64,000 nucleotides of DNA from Dendrobates tinctorius (taxonomy: Eukaryota). Within the stretch, counting starts at the first letter, position 1; each line of letters begins with the position of its first letter. Below are positions 10,554 through 23,009 of the stretch, in pieces. Below the pieces are notes generated by a model. It was not told where the DNA came from. It did no database searches and was given only the letters and a program-made list of their open reading frames with translations. Location of the stretch: positions 26,102,001 through 26,166,000 of the forward strand of contig NW_027361673.1 of NCBI RefSeq assembly GCF_039654945.1. Direction: 5' to 3'. Both the position numbers and the translations under genes were made by a program.

Positions 10554-13500
10554 ATGGCAGACGAACAGCGACTGCTGCAGTACATCCGGCAGCTGCAGGG
10601 CAGGTTGGCGGCTCTCGAGTGTCCAGCCTCAGCTGCGGATGTTACTGCAGTCGCTGTTCAGGCAGCCACAGAGGCTGTCTCCCGTGTGACCACTGCTATC
10701 CCTGCCCCGACTTTGCCCCGCCTCCCACTGTTCTCGGGTGATAGCGCCTCTTGTAGGGGTTTAGTGAGCCAGTGCTCGATACAGCTGGAGCTGCTGGCAG
10801 CACGATTCCCCTCCGAACGGGCCAAAGTGGGATTTATTATTTCCCTCTTGTCGGGCAGGGCTTTGGAGTGGGCCACACCGCTGTGGGAGCATGGTGATCA
10901 TGTGGCACAGAGTGCCTCTCGGTTCCTGGACACTCTGAAGCATGTCTTCCTGGGTCCGCGAGTCACCCATGACACCGCGCTCTGGCTGCTGACATTGTCA
11001 CAGGGTCCGTCCATGGTCAGCCACTTTGCCATCCAGTTCCGGACGCTGGCCTCGGAGTTAGAGTGGCCAGTGGTCAGATAAGGTCCTCATTCCGGCATTC
11101 TGGAGAGGTTTGGCTGGCCATGTGAAGGACGCTCTGGCCACCAGGGAGATTCCTGCTACACTGGAGGAGCTTATCACCATCTCCACCCGTATAGACCTTC
11201 ACTTTGCCAAGCGAAGGTTGGAGCGGACCCAGTGTATGCAGAGGTTTAGGTTGGCACCCAGTTTTGCTAAACCTCTGGAATCTCCTGATCGGGCGTCCGA
11301 GCGTCAGGGGGCTTCCCACGAGGGATCCAGGCCCCGGCCCGCTCGAGCCCCTGTGATCTGTCATGGTTGCCGGCAGTCCGATCACTTTGCCAACCAGTGC
11401 CCACAGCGGCTGGGAAGATGCTCGCCCCTAGTGGCCGTAGGAGGCGGCTCACTAGAATCCGCGGCGTTTTCCTCCAAGTTGTCCTTTAAGGGGACACTTG
11501 GGTTTGGTTCTTCCACTCTGACGGTGGAGGTTTGCGTGGATTCCGGAGCGGAGGGCAAATTTATGTCATCTGCCTTTACTCAACGGCACGCGATACCACT
11601 GCTTATGATGTCCAAGCCAGTCACCGTCAGAGTAGTGAATGGCGCGACTCTGCCATGACATGTTCTCCAAAAAGGCGGCGGAGACACTTCCACCGCATCG
11701 CCCCTATGACTGTCCTATTGACCTCTTGCCTGGTGCTGAGCCTCGGGGTCGAGTTGATCCCCTCTCTCTCCCGGAGAGAGAGGCCATTTCTCAATACATC
11801 AGGGAGAATCTGGCAAGAGGATTCATTAGGAAGTCAGTGTCACCAGCGGGGGCGGGATTCTTCTTCGTCCAGAAGAAGAGTGGGGAACTACGTCCTTGCA
11901 TCAATTACAGGGGTCTTAACGTCATCACCGTTAAGAATAAGTATCCTCTACCCCTGATATCGGAGCTGTTTGATAGGCTACGGGGAGCGAGAGTGTTTAC
12001 CAAACTTGATCTGTGGGGGGCTTACATCCTGATTTGCATCCGTGATGGGGACAAATGGAAGACGCCATTTAACACCAGAGACGGGCACTATGAATATCTG
12101 GTGATGCCCTTCGGGCTCTGTAGTGCCCCAGCCGTCTTCCAAGACTTTGTGAACAATATCTTCCGGGATATGCTTACCACCTCGGTTGTAGTCTATCTGG
12201 ATGATATTCTCATCTACTCTCCAGATATTGACTCTCACCAGAGAGATGTTTGCAAAGTTCTGGAGGTGGATGCCTCTTCCGTCGGTGCTGGAGCGGTCCT
12301 GTTCCAGAAGGACTCGCAAGGTCGGAAACACCCATGCTTCTTCTTCTCCAAGACCTTCACACCGGCGGAGAGGAATTAATCCATTGGGGACAGGGAGTTG
12401 CTAGCAATGAAGTTGGCCTTTTCAGAGTGGAGACACCTCCTGGAGGGGGCTAGCCACCCTTTCCAGGTGTTCACCGACCACAAGAATTTGGTCTATTTAC
12501 TAACAGCCCAGCGGCTGAATTCTCGCCAGGCCAGATGGTCCTTGTTCTTCTCCCATTTCCACTTCACCCTGCATTTTCTCTCCGGGGAGAAGAACAACCG
12601 GGCCGATACTCTCTCCCGCTCCGTGGTGTCATCGGAGGAGGAGCCTCGGCTGATAGTCACGTCTGAGAGCCTGAGGACCGTACCCTCGCCCTCGAATCTG
12701 TACCTCCGGGCAAGACTTTTGTCCCTGCCCATCTGCGACCAGAGGTCCTCTCTTGGGCTCATTTGACCAGCAGGTTGGACATTTTGGGACCAAACGGACC
12801 TCTGAGCTTCTGGCGAGGACGTACTGGTGGCCGCATATGGCCCGTGACGTCAGGGACTATATACGGGCGTGCGTCTCTTGTGCCTAGAATCGCCCCTCTT
12901 GGCAGTGGCCCGCTGGGTTACTCTACCCTCTGCCGGTTGCTGACAGGCCATGGGAGATGGTCGGTATGGACTTTGTGGTGGGTCTGCCCAAGTCCAGTGG
13001 CAGCATCGTCATTTGGGTGGTCACCGATCATTTCTCCAAGATGGTGCATCTGGTACCACTCTCTCGGCTACCTTCGGCACGGGGCCTGGCAGCGTTGTTT
13101 ATTAAACATGTTTTCCGCCTGCACGGCATGCCGGATAAGATTGTCAGCGACCGGGGTCCTCAGTTTGCGTCTCGGTTCTGGAGAGAGCTCTGTTCTCTGC
13201 TCTGCATAGAGCTAAATCTCTCCTCGGCCTATCATCCAGAGACGAACGGGTTGGTTGAGAGAGCCAACCAGACCCTGGTGACATATCTGCGACATTTTGT
13301 TTCGGCCAGGCAGGATGATTGGCCACCTTTGCTGCCGTGGGCGGAGTTCGCCTTGAACAACGCTGTGGCCGACTCCACCGGTCAGACCGGTCAGTCCCCA
13401 TTCCTCTTAAATTACGGCCAGCATCCGCGCGTCCCCATGCCCGTGTCGTCCACTGACTCTAGGGTGGCAGACTAGGCGGTGGAGGCACGTGCCATTTGGG

Positions 13501-14003
13501 ATCGCACGCAAGATGCTATCCGGGCCTCCAAGGAGAGAATGAGGTCCTCCGCTGACACTCGCCGGCGTCCGGCTCTGACCTTCGCTCCTGGCGACTTAGT
13601 GTGGCTCTCCGCTCGAAACATCAGGCTGCGGGTGGAATCCGCTAAGTTTGCACCGCGCTATATTGCCCCTTTCAAGGTCCTCGAGCAGATCAACCCTGTG
13701 GTCTACCGCCTGGCTCTTCCACCACACTTGGCTATCTCGGACACATTTCATGTGTCTCTCCTTAAGCTAGTGCACATGTCCCGGTTTTCTGAGCCATCTG
13801 CCGGGACATCAGACCTGTCGTCAGATGAGTTTGAGGTCAATACCATCGTGGGATGCAAGATGATGCGGGGCAAAAAGTTTTACTTGGTGGATTGGAAGGG
13901 TCATGGTCCAGAGGCTCGGACCTGGGAGACGGTGGAGAACATCCATGCTCCTCTTCTCATTGCGGAATTTGAGCGGAGTGAGGCTCAGAGAAGGGGGCCC
14001 TAG
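10554..14003 (+). pseudogene. Gag-pol of the middle chromovirus, with frameshifts, stops and two internal deletions
   Basis: Gag with CHGCRQSDHFANQC knuckle, protease VDSGAEG, RT YLDD joined almost directly to RNase H EVDAS near 12260, integrase, and chromodomain YLVDWKGHGPE. Confidence 0.9.
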
Positions 14004-14018
14004 GAGGGGGGGGGTTAA

Positions 14019-14757
14019 TGTTAGGCATCAGATTTCTGTCGCTGCACAGCGAGAATCCCGAGCCTTACTTCCAGCGGTCTCCCATTCCTCTCCAGCCACA
14101 GAGGAGGTTGCTCAGCAAACTCGTCGGTCCAGGCGCTCTGCCCAGACCAGCTCCGCGGGTTTGCTTGCTGCTGCCTTGCGCTAGGATAGACTGTATTTAC
14201 AGGCTATGTGAAGTGAGTGATGTATGCACATATGAATGTCTCTGGAGAATGACTCATTAAGAAACCCCTACCCTTGGTACGCATGTGTTGTGCAGCCTAG
14301 CCACTAGCACCCAGGCTTAGGTGTAGGTAGGACAGAGGTTGAGTCAGGCATCAGTCCTCACCAGGGACTCGACACGCCTCAGTACACGTGCTCCACTTCA
14401 TAGCCAGCGTCTATAGCGGCGCTCGCGGCAGCGACGCCGCGCGCTCAGTGGGCCTAGAGGGACTCTAACCCCGTGTCCTCGGGGTAGAATTCTGTGGCCG
14501 TACACTGTGCGCTCTTTTTGCCGGGCTCTGTGAGCTAAACAGGCTCCGGCATCTACGTTTAGCGGTTGTGCGACTCTGCATTAACAGAGTTCGCACCTGT
14601 TCACATTGGGTGACGTAACCCACGTGTGACTGTTTTTATGCCGCTCTATTCTTCCGCCATTACCTAGCAGCAGTGTACCACCTCTGCACGGTGGACCCCG
14701 GGCTGCGAATGCACCTACTATTATTTTATAATTTGGTGCGTTCCCCCAGCCCTAACA
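14019..14757 (+). repeat. 3' LTR of the middle chromovirus (about 220 bp shorter than the 5' LTR)
   Basis: Matches 3670-3826, 4047-4592 and 10487-10525. Confidence 0.92.
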
Positions 14758-15095
14758 CATAGTCTACCACGGTGAGGATGTATTGCTTTCCAGAGCTGCT
14801 GGAGATGGTCAGCGGGCCCACAATGTCCACCGCGATTCTCTGGAAAGGCTCCTCTATCACTGGCAAAGGGATAAGGGGAGCCTTAAGAGCAGGCCCCGCC
14901 TTACCCACTCTGACAGGTGGCACAGGAGCGGCAGTAGTTTGTTACATCTGTCCCCATCTTGTGCCAATAGAGGTGTTGAGACAGCCGTGCCTTAGTTTTT
15001 CTGACCCCCAAGTGTCCAGCGAGCGGAATCTCATGGGTACTCCGCAACAACTCAGTTCTGAACTGATATGGGATGACCAGCTGTCTTTCCCTCAA
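14758..15095 (-). pseudogene. N-terminal integrase (HHCC finger and first catalytic Asp) of the Gmr1-like pol
   Basis: HEIPLAGHLG...CRSCATCQ and PFQRIAVDIVGPL...YILTVVDY. Confidence 0.88.
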
Positions 15096-15836
15096 CCACT
15101 CCTTTTGGGATTCTCTGGGTACTGTCTTCCTCGTTCCCAGAATACCCTCTCCTTATCAGTCCTGGAAGTGGGCATCTCGGCGAGGTGACTCAATTTCTCC
15201 AGGCTCGCATCTGAGTGTAGAGCAGCCTGGAACTCCTGGCTGGAGGCAGCCAGAAGTGACATCAGGGTTCCTTCCTCACTGGGACCCTCTGGACCTGCTC
15301 TGGGTTCGCCTCTGATTCAGTCTCTCCTGTAGCGGGAGGGTCCAGAAGGCAGGGCGCTACCTGCAATCCGAGCACTCTGTGTGTGACAGCGGCTATGTAT
15401 GCTGTCTCCCCGGGGATTTCTACAGACCCACCAGCCGGCACTGCTATGGGCTCTACCTCCCCATCCACCCCCAACACTTCAGGAGCAGTGCTACTTATGG
15501 GCCAGTTACCTTCCTCGGTGGCACTGGTCAGTTGCATGGCATCACCTTCCTCACGGTTCCCATGCACCTCCCCATTTCCTTGAGCACCGTTGCCTGCTCC
15601 TGCTATGGGTTCCTCAGCCATCTCACTCTGCAGAGCGACGGGGCTGAGCACTTCGGTACCTGTGGATACATCTACCATTTCAAAGAAATGGTTAACAGGT
15701 TCAGTCGGCACAGATACATCATCATCAGCATCATTTCTAGGAAAAGAATTTATCAGAGACATTATTACTCAATAAAGCGTTGCCAGGTAACACATTAAGT
15801 TTCCCATCATCATCATTTTTAGCATTACTCTTATGA

Positions 15837-16164
15837 TCAGATTGGGGAGGGGGTGTCAGGGACGTAGTATGCAACCATCTTCCCCAAATCAGTCCCCAAT
15901 AAAACATCAGTGGGCAGGTTATCGGACACTCCCACTTCCCTCCCCCCGCTCCCAGCACCCCAATCAAGAAAAACCCGGGCCACTGGCAAGGGACAGCGGA
16001 CACCCCCAATCCCGGTGACAGTCAGGGTTTTCCCCCTCAAACTCTTCAGGGGCCGCAAGTCCAGGATAGATGAGGGTTCGTTCAGCCCCGGTGTCCTTGA
16101 GGCCTGTAGCAAAACGGGCCCCCACCTGGACGTTGAACGTTGTCATCAATCCTCCCAACCACAC
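15837..16164 (-). pseudogene. Aspartic protease of the Gmr1-like element (frameshifted)
   Basis: DTGAERTL and DVLLGTD motifs in adjacent frames. Confidence 0.8.
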
Positions 16165-16170
16165 CTCCCA

Positions 16171-17326
16171 CTAAAGGAACAGAGGTGTTGGGCCCAGAGG
16201 CCTTGGCTGGGGGGGGGTTCTTCTGCCTTTCCGGACAGGTGGCACTGATATGACCAATCCGACTGCAGTTGTAACACTTGCGATTGTCAGTAGTAGGCCT
16301 GGTGTTGGCAACAGGGACAGGGCCTCTGGAGGGACGGCTGGCAGGGGACTGGGGTTGGTTGCAGGCATACCCCCTCTCCAGCTGGCGGTGACTGGCCTCC
16401 GTGTCTCTGGCTTCCGGTTGGCCTCATAGTTGTCGGCGCTCTGCGTGGCTTTGTCCGCATTCATTGGTTCTCGGTCCAGGATGAACTGTTGGACCTCAGC
16501 TGGGCAAAGTTGAAGGAACTGGTCTTTGATCATCAGGTCCTTCAGTAGGTCAAAGGTATCAACTGACTGTCCACGGATCCACTGGTCAAAGTGGGTCTGG
16601 AGTCCTTGCACCACATCGCTATAACTATGGTGTGGGCCACATTGGAAGTTCTGGAACTTCTTTTGGTACCCCTCAGGGGTCAGCCGGTATTTGGTGATCA
16701 GGGCCTGCTTGATGGCATCATAGTAGTCATCTTCTTCTGGCAGGAGAGAAGCTAACACCTCCAGGGCTTTGCCTTTTAGCCCTGGGGTCAAATACCTGGC
16801 CCATTGGTCCTTATGCAGCCGGTACTGTCTGCAGGCTATCTCAAAGGCCCGCAGAAACGTGTCCAAGTCCCCGTCCTTCTCCATCATAGGAAATTGCTCT
16901 GGCTGGGGTTTCAGACTCTGGGCACTGTGGGGTTCACTGCTCCGTGCTGCGGAGGGCATTTCCCTCAGCCGGGCCAGCTGCAGTTCATGGGCTCGATGAG
17001 CTTGGGCCTCCGCTTGGCGCTCAGCTCTCTCTTGAGCTTGCTGGATCAGCTGCAGATGTCCAACATGGTCTTCGGCAGGGTGCTGCTGTAGGGCAATTTG
17101 CAGATAGCGGTCCATGACTTCCTGGCTGCCGGTCTGGCCGACCTGCACCAGCTGGACCATCGGCACTGGTGCTACCTCCTGCGCCCTGGCTCTCATCCCA
17201 TTGCACTAGAGTCGCGACCAACTGAGCTTTGGTCTGGTCGGTGTTGTCAATCTGGTTTGCCCTGCACAGGGCCCTCAGGGCGTCCTTATTAAGCTGCTTA
17301 TAATGGGATTCTCCCCGCGTAGCCAT
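16171..17326 (-). pseudogene. Gmr1-like Gag with SAP/HeH-like N-terminus, SCAN-like domain and CCHC knuckle (frameshifted)
   Basis: ATG at 17326. PEGYQKKFQ...DQFLQLCPAEVQQFILDREP resembles SCAN. CYNCSRIGHISATC is encoded at about 16277-16236. Confidence 0.8.
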
Positions 17327-17518
17327 GGTTGCCAAATAAAAGAGAATAGAAAAACAAGGAGAAGGGAGGGGATACTCACACGTACGCACAATTGTCTCAG
17401 GACTAGTAAACACTGAGTCTGTTCTCCAAAACCTATGATGCAGGATCCCTGCAGGAACCATGCAGGCTTTTAGTGAGAGGAATGACTGCTCAAACCAGGT
17501 CACTAATGCTCTGTGATT

Positions 17519-17536
17519 ATCCCACCGCTGCCACCA
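17519..17536 (-). promoter_or_regulatory. Primer-binding site, tRNA-Leu type
   Basis: Minus-strand TGGTGGCAGCGGTGGGAT one base after the LTR end, complementary to a tRNA-Leu 3' end (ATCCCACCGCTGCCACCA) as I recall it. Confidence 0.8.
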
Positions 17537-17537
17537 A

Positions 17538-19008
17538 TGTCACGATCCCGCCGCTGACACAGTATGTCACGGACGGAGGGACGCGACGCACTGCCGACAC
17601 ACGGCTATCACATGCACAGGGGGGCTTATCTTAGTGATCCCACCGCTGTTACAATGTGATAAAAACAGCAAGCTAGTCTTGCCCTAACAATTTATCGCAG
17701 GGGGGTTATTTTAGGTGTCCCACCACTAACTATTTCATGAACTGCGGATATTTATGTGTATCCCACTTTTCAGTTCTGCTTTGGAACTCGCAGCTCTCTG
17801 GCGCCCCCCTTACCCTCAGGTCAGTGAGGGAACTACACCTAGGATAATTGGTCGCTGGCCGACTGCTTCAATGAGGTCTGTCCACCCGGCACGCTCCAGT
17901 GAGGGAATTATAAATGCTCTGGCCGCAGCCACCCAATTAGCTTATAAAATCGCTTCTATTACTCTCAGCAGTGCCCAGGACCCAGACCACACTTCGCCGC
18001 CACCAGCTCCAGATTTCTCTGATTAAGTTATACTTATACCTATAATGTTATACTTATACCTATAAGTTAAACTTAATAGAGGGGTTCGAAGCCAACCCAA
18101 TTCAGTAGCGTAATTATCTTAAAGGCACGTAAATTCGTTTTTAGAGCCTGGAGACAGAGCTAATAAGTTTTATAGTTTATTCCCAAAAAGGCGGGCAATG
18201 TTTACAGAGATAAAAGATTTTATGAAGTTGAAATATTCGATATGTACAATGAAAATATAAAATAAACGGGATTAACAAAACAGAGATTAACACTTACATT
18301 TGCTTAGATGGACTTAGGATAACCATGCGGGGAGGCGGGGCCAGACATCTCCCTGCATCTGGGATCCTAGCAGCACGGGATCTCCAGCAAGAATGACCTC
18401 CCAACTGAATGAGTGTACACTATAGTCCTGGGTCCTGACATCATAAAAGGGGCGGTCTGGTGATGCTGCTCCCCCTGCTCTTGGAGTTAGAATCTGACTA
18501 CTGAACTTATTATAGCTATATCTCGCAGAGGGTACCTCGTATAAACACACAAGTAGTATCATTTTCTTTAGCCTGTCGAAGGGCAAAACCAAACAGGCAG
18601 TAATTATGTCACACCGTTTAGGAGAAATCGATTTCTCGGATTCCGTCGGGGCTAGTCCTTAGCAAGAACCACCGTAGTGAAGCTGGATTGGAGCACGTCC
18701 GTTTCATTTTAGTGTCGCGAACGAGGTCCGAGCTATGGCTTCGCTTATACCTCCCATGCCTGAATTCACCGCATGGTAGAGAACAAAGAACATTCTTTCC
18801 ACTTAGCTAATTAACATTCCTTAGCTGGGGAGAGGGGAATGTTGGCACAGGAAGTGCCTAGTGTCCTGTTAGAGATGCAGGCACAGATCTGCAGTGTGTG
18901 CGAGCTGTGGGTGAGGAAGGGGGGGGTCGCAGCTGTGTGACAGGCAGAAGTCTCATCTGTAGTGTAATGCTCAGGGAACCTTATGTCATATCGTACAGTA
19001 TCATTACA
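17538..19008 (-). repeat. 5' LTR of the Gmr1-like element
   Basis: TG...CA ends adjacent to the PBS; homologous to 1-1350. The inner boundary could alternatively be 17655. Confidence 0.85.
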
Positions 19009-19512
19009 GCATTAAAATGCAATAGCGAGCGATCAAAGATCGTATCTACACCAAAACTGAATCTTTAAAAACGATAGCTCGGCGTGCAAAAATAAGCCCA
19101 CACCCAACCCAAGATGCTGAAAAATGGAGACGCTATGGGTCTCGGAAAATTACTCAATCTTTTCTTTTCACCACTTAAATATAAAACAATCTATACATGT
19201 TTGGTGTCTACAAACTCGTAATGACCTGGAGAATCATAACGGCAGGTCAGTTTTAACATTTGGTGAACATGGTAAATAAAAAAAAAAAAATAGTTGTGGG
19301 ATTTTGCAATTTCACCACACTTGGAATATTTTTCCTGTTATCCAGTACACTTTATGGGAAAACCAATGGTATTGTTCAAAAGTACAACTCGTCCCGCAAA
19401 AAAACAAGCCCTCACATGGCCATATTGATAGAAAAATAGAAAGTTATGGCTCTGGGAAGAAGGGGAGCAAAAAACAAACGCAAAAATGAAAATGGGCTGC
19501 GGTGTGAAGGGG
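19009..19512. mobile_element. Right end of a piggyBac-like non-autonomous element (insertion target of the Gypsy stack)
   Basis: Ends AAGGGG followed by TTAA; homologous to 47260-47742. Confidence 0.7.
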
Positions 19513-19607
19513 TTAATCTGTCACTACCATTTGTCAGTTGTACAGTAATAAGTGCAAAATTCACAATTATGTTACATTTCAGTGAATACTTTTCCGTACA
19601 CATCATA

Positions 19608-21253
19608 CAATTAGGGCCACATATATTTGGACAGAGACAAAATTTTTCTAATTTTGGTTCTAGACATTACCACAATGAATTTTAAACCAAACAATTCAGA
19701 TGCAGTTGAAGTTCAGACTTTTAGCTTTCATTTGAGGGTATCCACATTAAAATTGGATGAAGGGTTTAGGAGTTTCAGCTCCTTAACATGTGCCACCCTG
19801 TTTTTAAAGGGACCAAAAGTAATTGGACAATTGACTCCAAGGCTATTTCATGGACAGGTGTGGGCAATCCCTTCGTTATGTCATTCTCAATTAAGCAGAA
19901 AAAAGGCCTGGAGTTGATTTGAGGTGTGGTGCTTGCATTTGGAAGGTTTTGCTGTGAAGGAAACATTCGGTCAAAGGAGCTCTCCATGCAGGTGAAACAA
20001 GCCATCTTTAAGCTCCAAAAACAGAAAAAACCCATCCGAGAAATTGCTACAACATTAGGAGTGGCAAAATCTACAGTTTGGTACATCCTGAGAAAGAAAG
20101 CACTGGTGAACTCATCAATGCAAAGAGACCTGGGTGCCCACGGAAGACAACAGTGGTGGATGATTGCAGAATAGTCTCCATGGTGAAGAGAAACCACTTC
20201 ACAACAGCCAACCAAGTGAACAACACTCTCCAGGAGGTAGGCGTATCAATATCCAAATCTACCATAAAGAGAAGACTGCATGAAAGTAAATACAGAGGGT
20301 TCACTGCACGGTGCAAGCCACTCATAAGCATCAAGAATAAAAAGACTAGACTGGTCTTTGCTAAAAAAAAAAAAACATCTAAATAAGCCAGCACAGTTCT
20401 GGAAGAACATTCTTTGGACAGATGAAACCAAGATCAACCTCTACCAGAATGATGGAAAGAGAAAAGTATGGCAAAGGCGTGGTACAGCTCATGATCCAAA
20501 GCATACCACATCATCTGTAAAACTCGGCGGAGGCAGCGTGATGGCTTGGGCATGCATGGCTGCCAGTGGCACTGGGTCACTAGTGTATTGATGATGTGAC
20601 ACAGGACAGAAGCAGCCGAATGAATTCGGAGGTATTCAGAGCCATACTGTGTGCTCAGATCCAGCCAAATGCAGCCAAACTGATTGGTCGTCATTTCATA
20701 CTACAGATGGACAATGACACTAAACATAAAGCCAAAGCAACCCAGGAGTTTATTAAAGCAAAGAAGTGGAATATTCTTGAATGGCCAAGTCAGTCACCTG
20801 ATCTCAACCCAACTGAGCATGCATTTCACTTATTAAAGACTAAACTTCAGACAAAGGCCCACAAACAAACAGCAACTGAAAACCACCACAGTGAAGGCCT
20901 GGCAGAGCTACAAAAAGGAGGAAACACAGCGTCTGGTGATGTCCATGAGTTCAAGACTTCAGGCAGTCATTGCCAACAAAGGGTTTTCAGCCAAGTACTA
21001 GAAATGAACATTTTATTTACAATTATTTAATCTGTCCAATTACTTTTGGTCCCTTTAAAACAGGGTGGCACATGTTAAGGATCTGAAACTCCTAAACCCT
21101 TTATCCAATTTTAATGTGGATACCCTCAAATGAAAGCTGAAAGTCTGAACTTCAACTGCATCTGAATTGTTTTGTTTAAAATTCATTGTGGTAATGTCTA
21201 GAACTAAAATTAGAAAAATGTGGTCTCTGTCCAAATATATATGGACATAACTG
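19608..21253 (+). mobile_element. Tc1-family DNA transposon with frameshifted transposase
   Basis: TA on both flanks, inverted repeats of about 220 bp, and WTDETKIN, QMDNDTKH and QSPDLNPTEH (DD34E-type) motifs. Confidence 0.93.
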
Positions 21254-21578
21254 TATTATCAACTACTAAAGCATAAAAGAATTTAAACAAAAAGTTCGCA
21301 GGACTATAGACATTATGCGACCTTAAATATTAAAAATATTTTTAATGAAAACATCCTTCCAGATTCTGAATCCAGTGTACTTTTTTCACATCCTTTGCAA
21401 TGATATCATTTAGACATCTTGGAAATGTCCTTGAAAAGTCTGTATGGAGGCTTTAGTGGGCCAATGATTGTCACAGGCAATAGTTTCAGTACAGCAGTTG
21501 CAATCTACTAATATAGATTTATCTTGTTATTACCGCTATAGAATTTTATAGAAAATAGTCATATTGCGGTTGTTCCGT

Positions 21579-21804
21579 TTAGCTTTTCCAGTTCCAAGGA
21601 ATACATAAGTCTCCATCTTGCAGCACAGAGTAGTAATGAGATACACAGAGATGCATCCCCACCAAGTTGGGCAGAGGTTCCTCAATCAGTCGTCGACAAC
21701 AGCTGATCATCTGCTCGCATGATACACTGGGCTCCTTATACAGTCTACTTAGCAATGCACTGTCTTTGCATGCGTTGGTTAATTCTTGTTCTTTGATTTT
21801 CAGC
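21579..21804 (-). CDS. TCAIM: T-cell activation inhibitor, mitochondrial: last coding exon
   Basis: LYKEPSVS...GMHLCVSHYYSVLQDGDLCIPWNWKS* matches my recollection of the vertebrate TCAIM C-terminus. AG acceptor; phase fits the preceding exon. Confidence 0.9.
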
Positions 21805-22195
21805 CTATTTAAATTGATGAACAAAATAAAACATTATTTCGAGGCTTCAAGAAAACCAATCTATTTACTATGGTGCAGTAAGTTAAAATAGGACAATTGT
21901 ACACCGGAAGTAAAACAGGTTTATTTTTCACATAAACGTGTTTTCACTCATATGCAGATATTTGTATCTGCTTGTGCCTTCTTATGATAAGGAAAAACAG
22001 TACAGATTAATAGGTTATTTTAGACAATAAATTAGAAAAAAATGACTTCAATCCAGAAAATCCAATAAGTCAGTATTGACCATACATAGCACGAACTGTA
22101 AGGCGTATAGCTAACCACAGCAAAACTGTCCAGAAACTGTGGTGGCTCAGGCTTTATGATAAATTTGATGCTTCATATTCAGACACTTTTCCTTA

Positions 22196-22392
22196 GGCTG
22201 GGGTCACACATGCGAGACACTCAGACGAGTCTCTCATCTTAATACCCGCCACCTGCTGCCGGCACTCAGGAGTGGAGAGTGCTGCTGCATAGAAATACAT
22301 GCAGTCGCACGCTCCGGTCCCGAGTGCCGGCGGCAGTGTCGGGTATTAAGATGAGAGACTCGTCTGAGTGTCTCGCATGTGTGAACCTGGCA
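22196..22392. mobile_element. Palindromic Harbinger-type MITE
   Basis: TTA on both sides; near-perfect fold-back along its length. Confidence 0.8.
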
Positions 22393-23009
22393 TTATGCAA
22401 CATCTAGGTAGGCTTACTTTACGCCAATATTTTGTTCCACAATTCTGGAGGACATTGGTAGATTTTCAGACACTCCATTTTACTGTAAATCATGACCCTT
22501 GTAACTACCCCACACTTCACTTTGTCTGACTAAAAAAAGGGGTAAAGAGTCAAAAATACATAATTATGTTTTAGCACAGGGCGCGTATAACACTTTTTTG
22601 GAGCAAATTTAGACAGTATTTTGCCATATTTGTAGTATATCTCATGGTTCATTTTCTTACTAGATTTATTATACTGGACATTAACAAAGGCTTGAACTTC
22701 GTGTTCTAGTGATCTGTGGGGGTCCAAAGAGTGGTGTCCCCAGTAATCAGACATTCATCCCATATCCAGTGTTAACTGTCCATTGTGGTATAACTCTATT
22801 AGGAACAAACACCCCAATAGTGTAAAATATAGGAGCACTGATAAGTAACTCAAGAGTTAAGACCTACAAGTGTATGACCAGCATGAAAAGGAACCTGTTC
22901 CCTCCAGAAATGCTATTTATCTACAGACATAGTGGTAAACTGCAAGTAAATAGCATTGAAATCATGTTAGGCTGGTTTACTGAAGCAGCGGGTACAGGGA
23001 GGAAATTAA

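Larger units (their letters stand above)
3670..14757 (+). mobile_element. Sushi/chromovirus-type Gypsy element, decayed, inserted in the Gmr1 integrase
   Basis: 5' LTR 3670-10525 (split by a younger element) and 3' LTR 14019-14757 (TGTTAGG...CCTAACA). PPT 14002-14014. Gag and pol remnants end in a chromodomain. The TSD is not clean. Confidence 0.9.
1..19008 (-). mobile_element. Gmr1-like Ty3/Gypsy LTR retrotransposon, decayed, with two nested insertions
   Basis: Two similar LTRs (1-1350 and about 17538-19008, both ending TATCATTACA), a tRNA-Leu-type PBS, a purine tract next to 1350, and minus-strand domain order Gag-PR-IN-RT-RH. The left LTR probably runs off the window. Confidence 0.9.
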
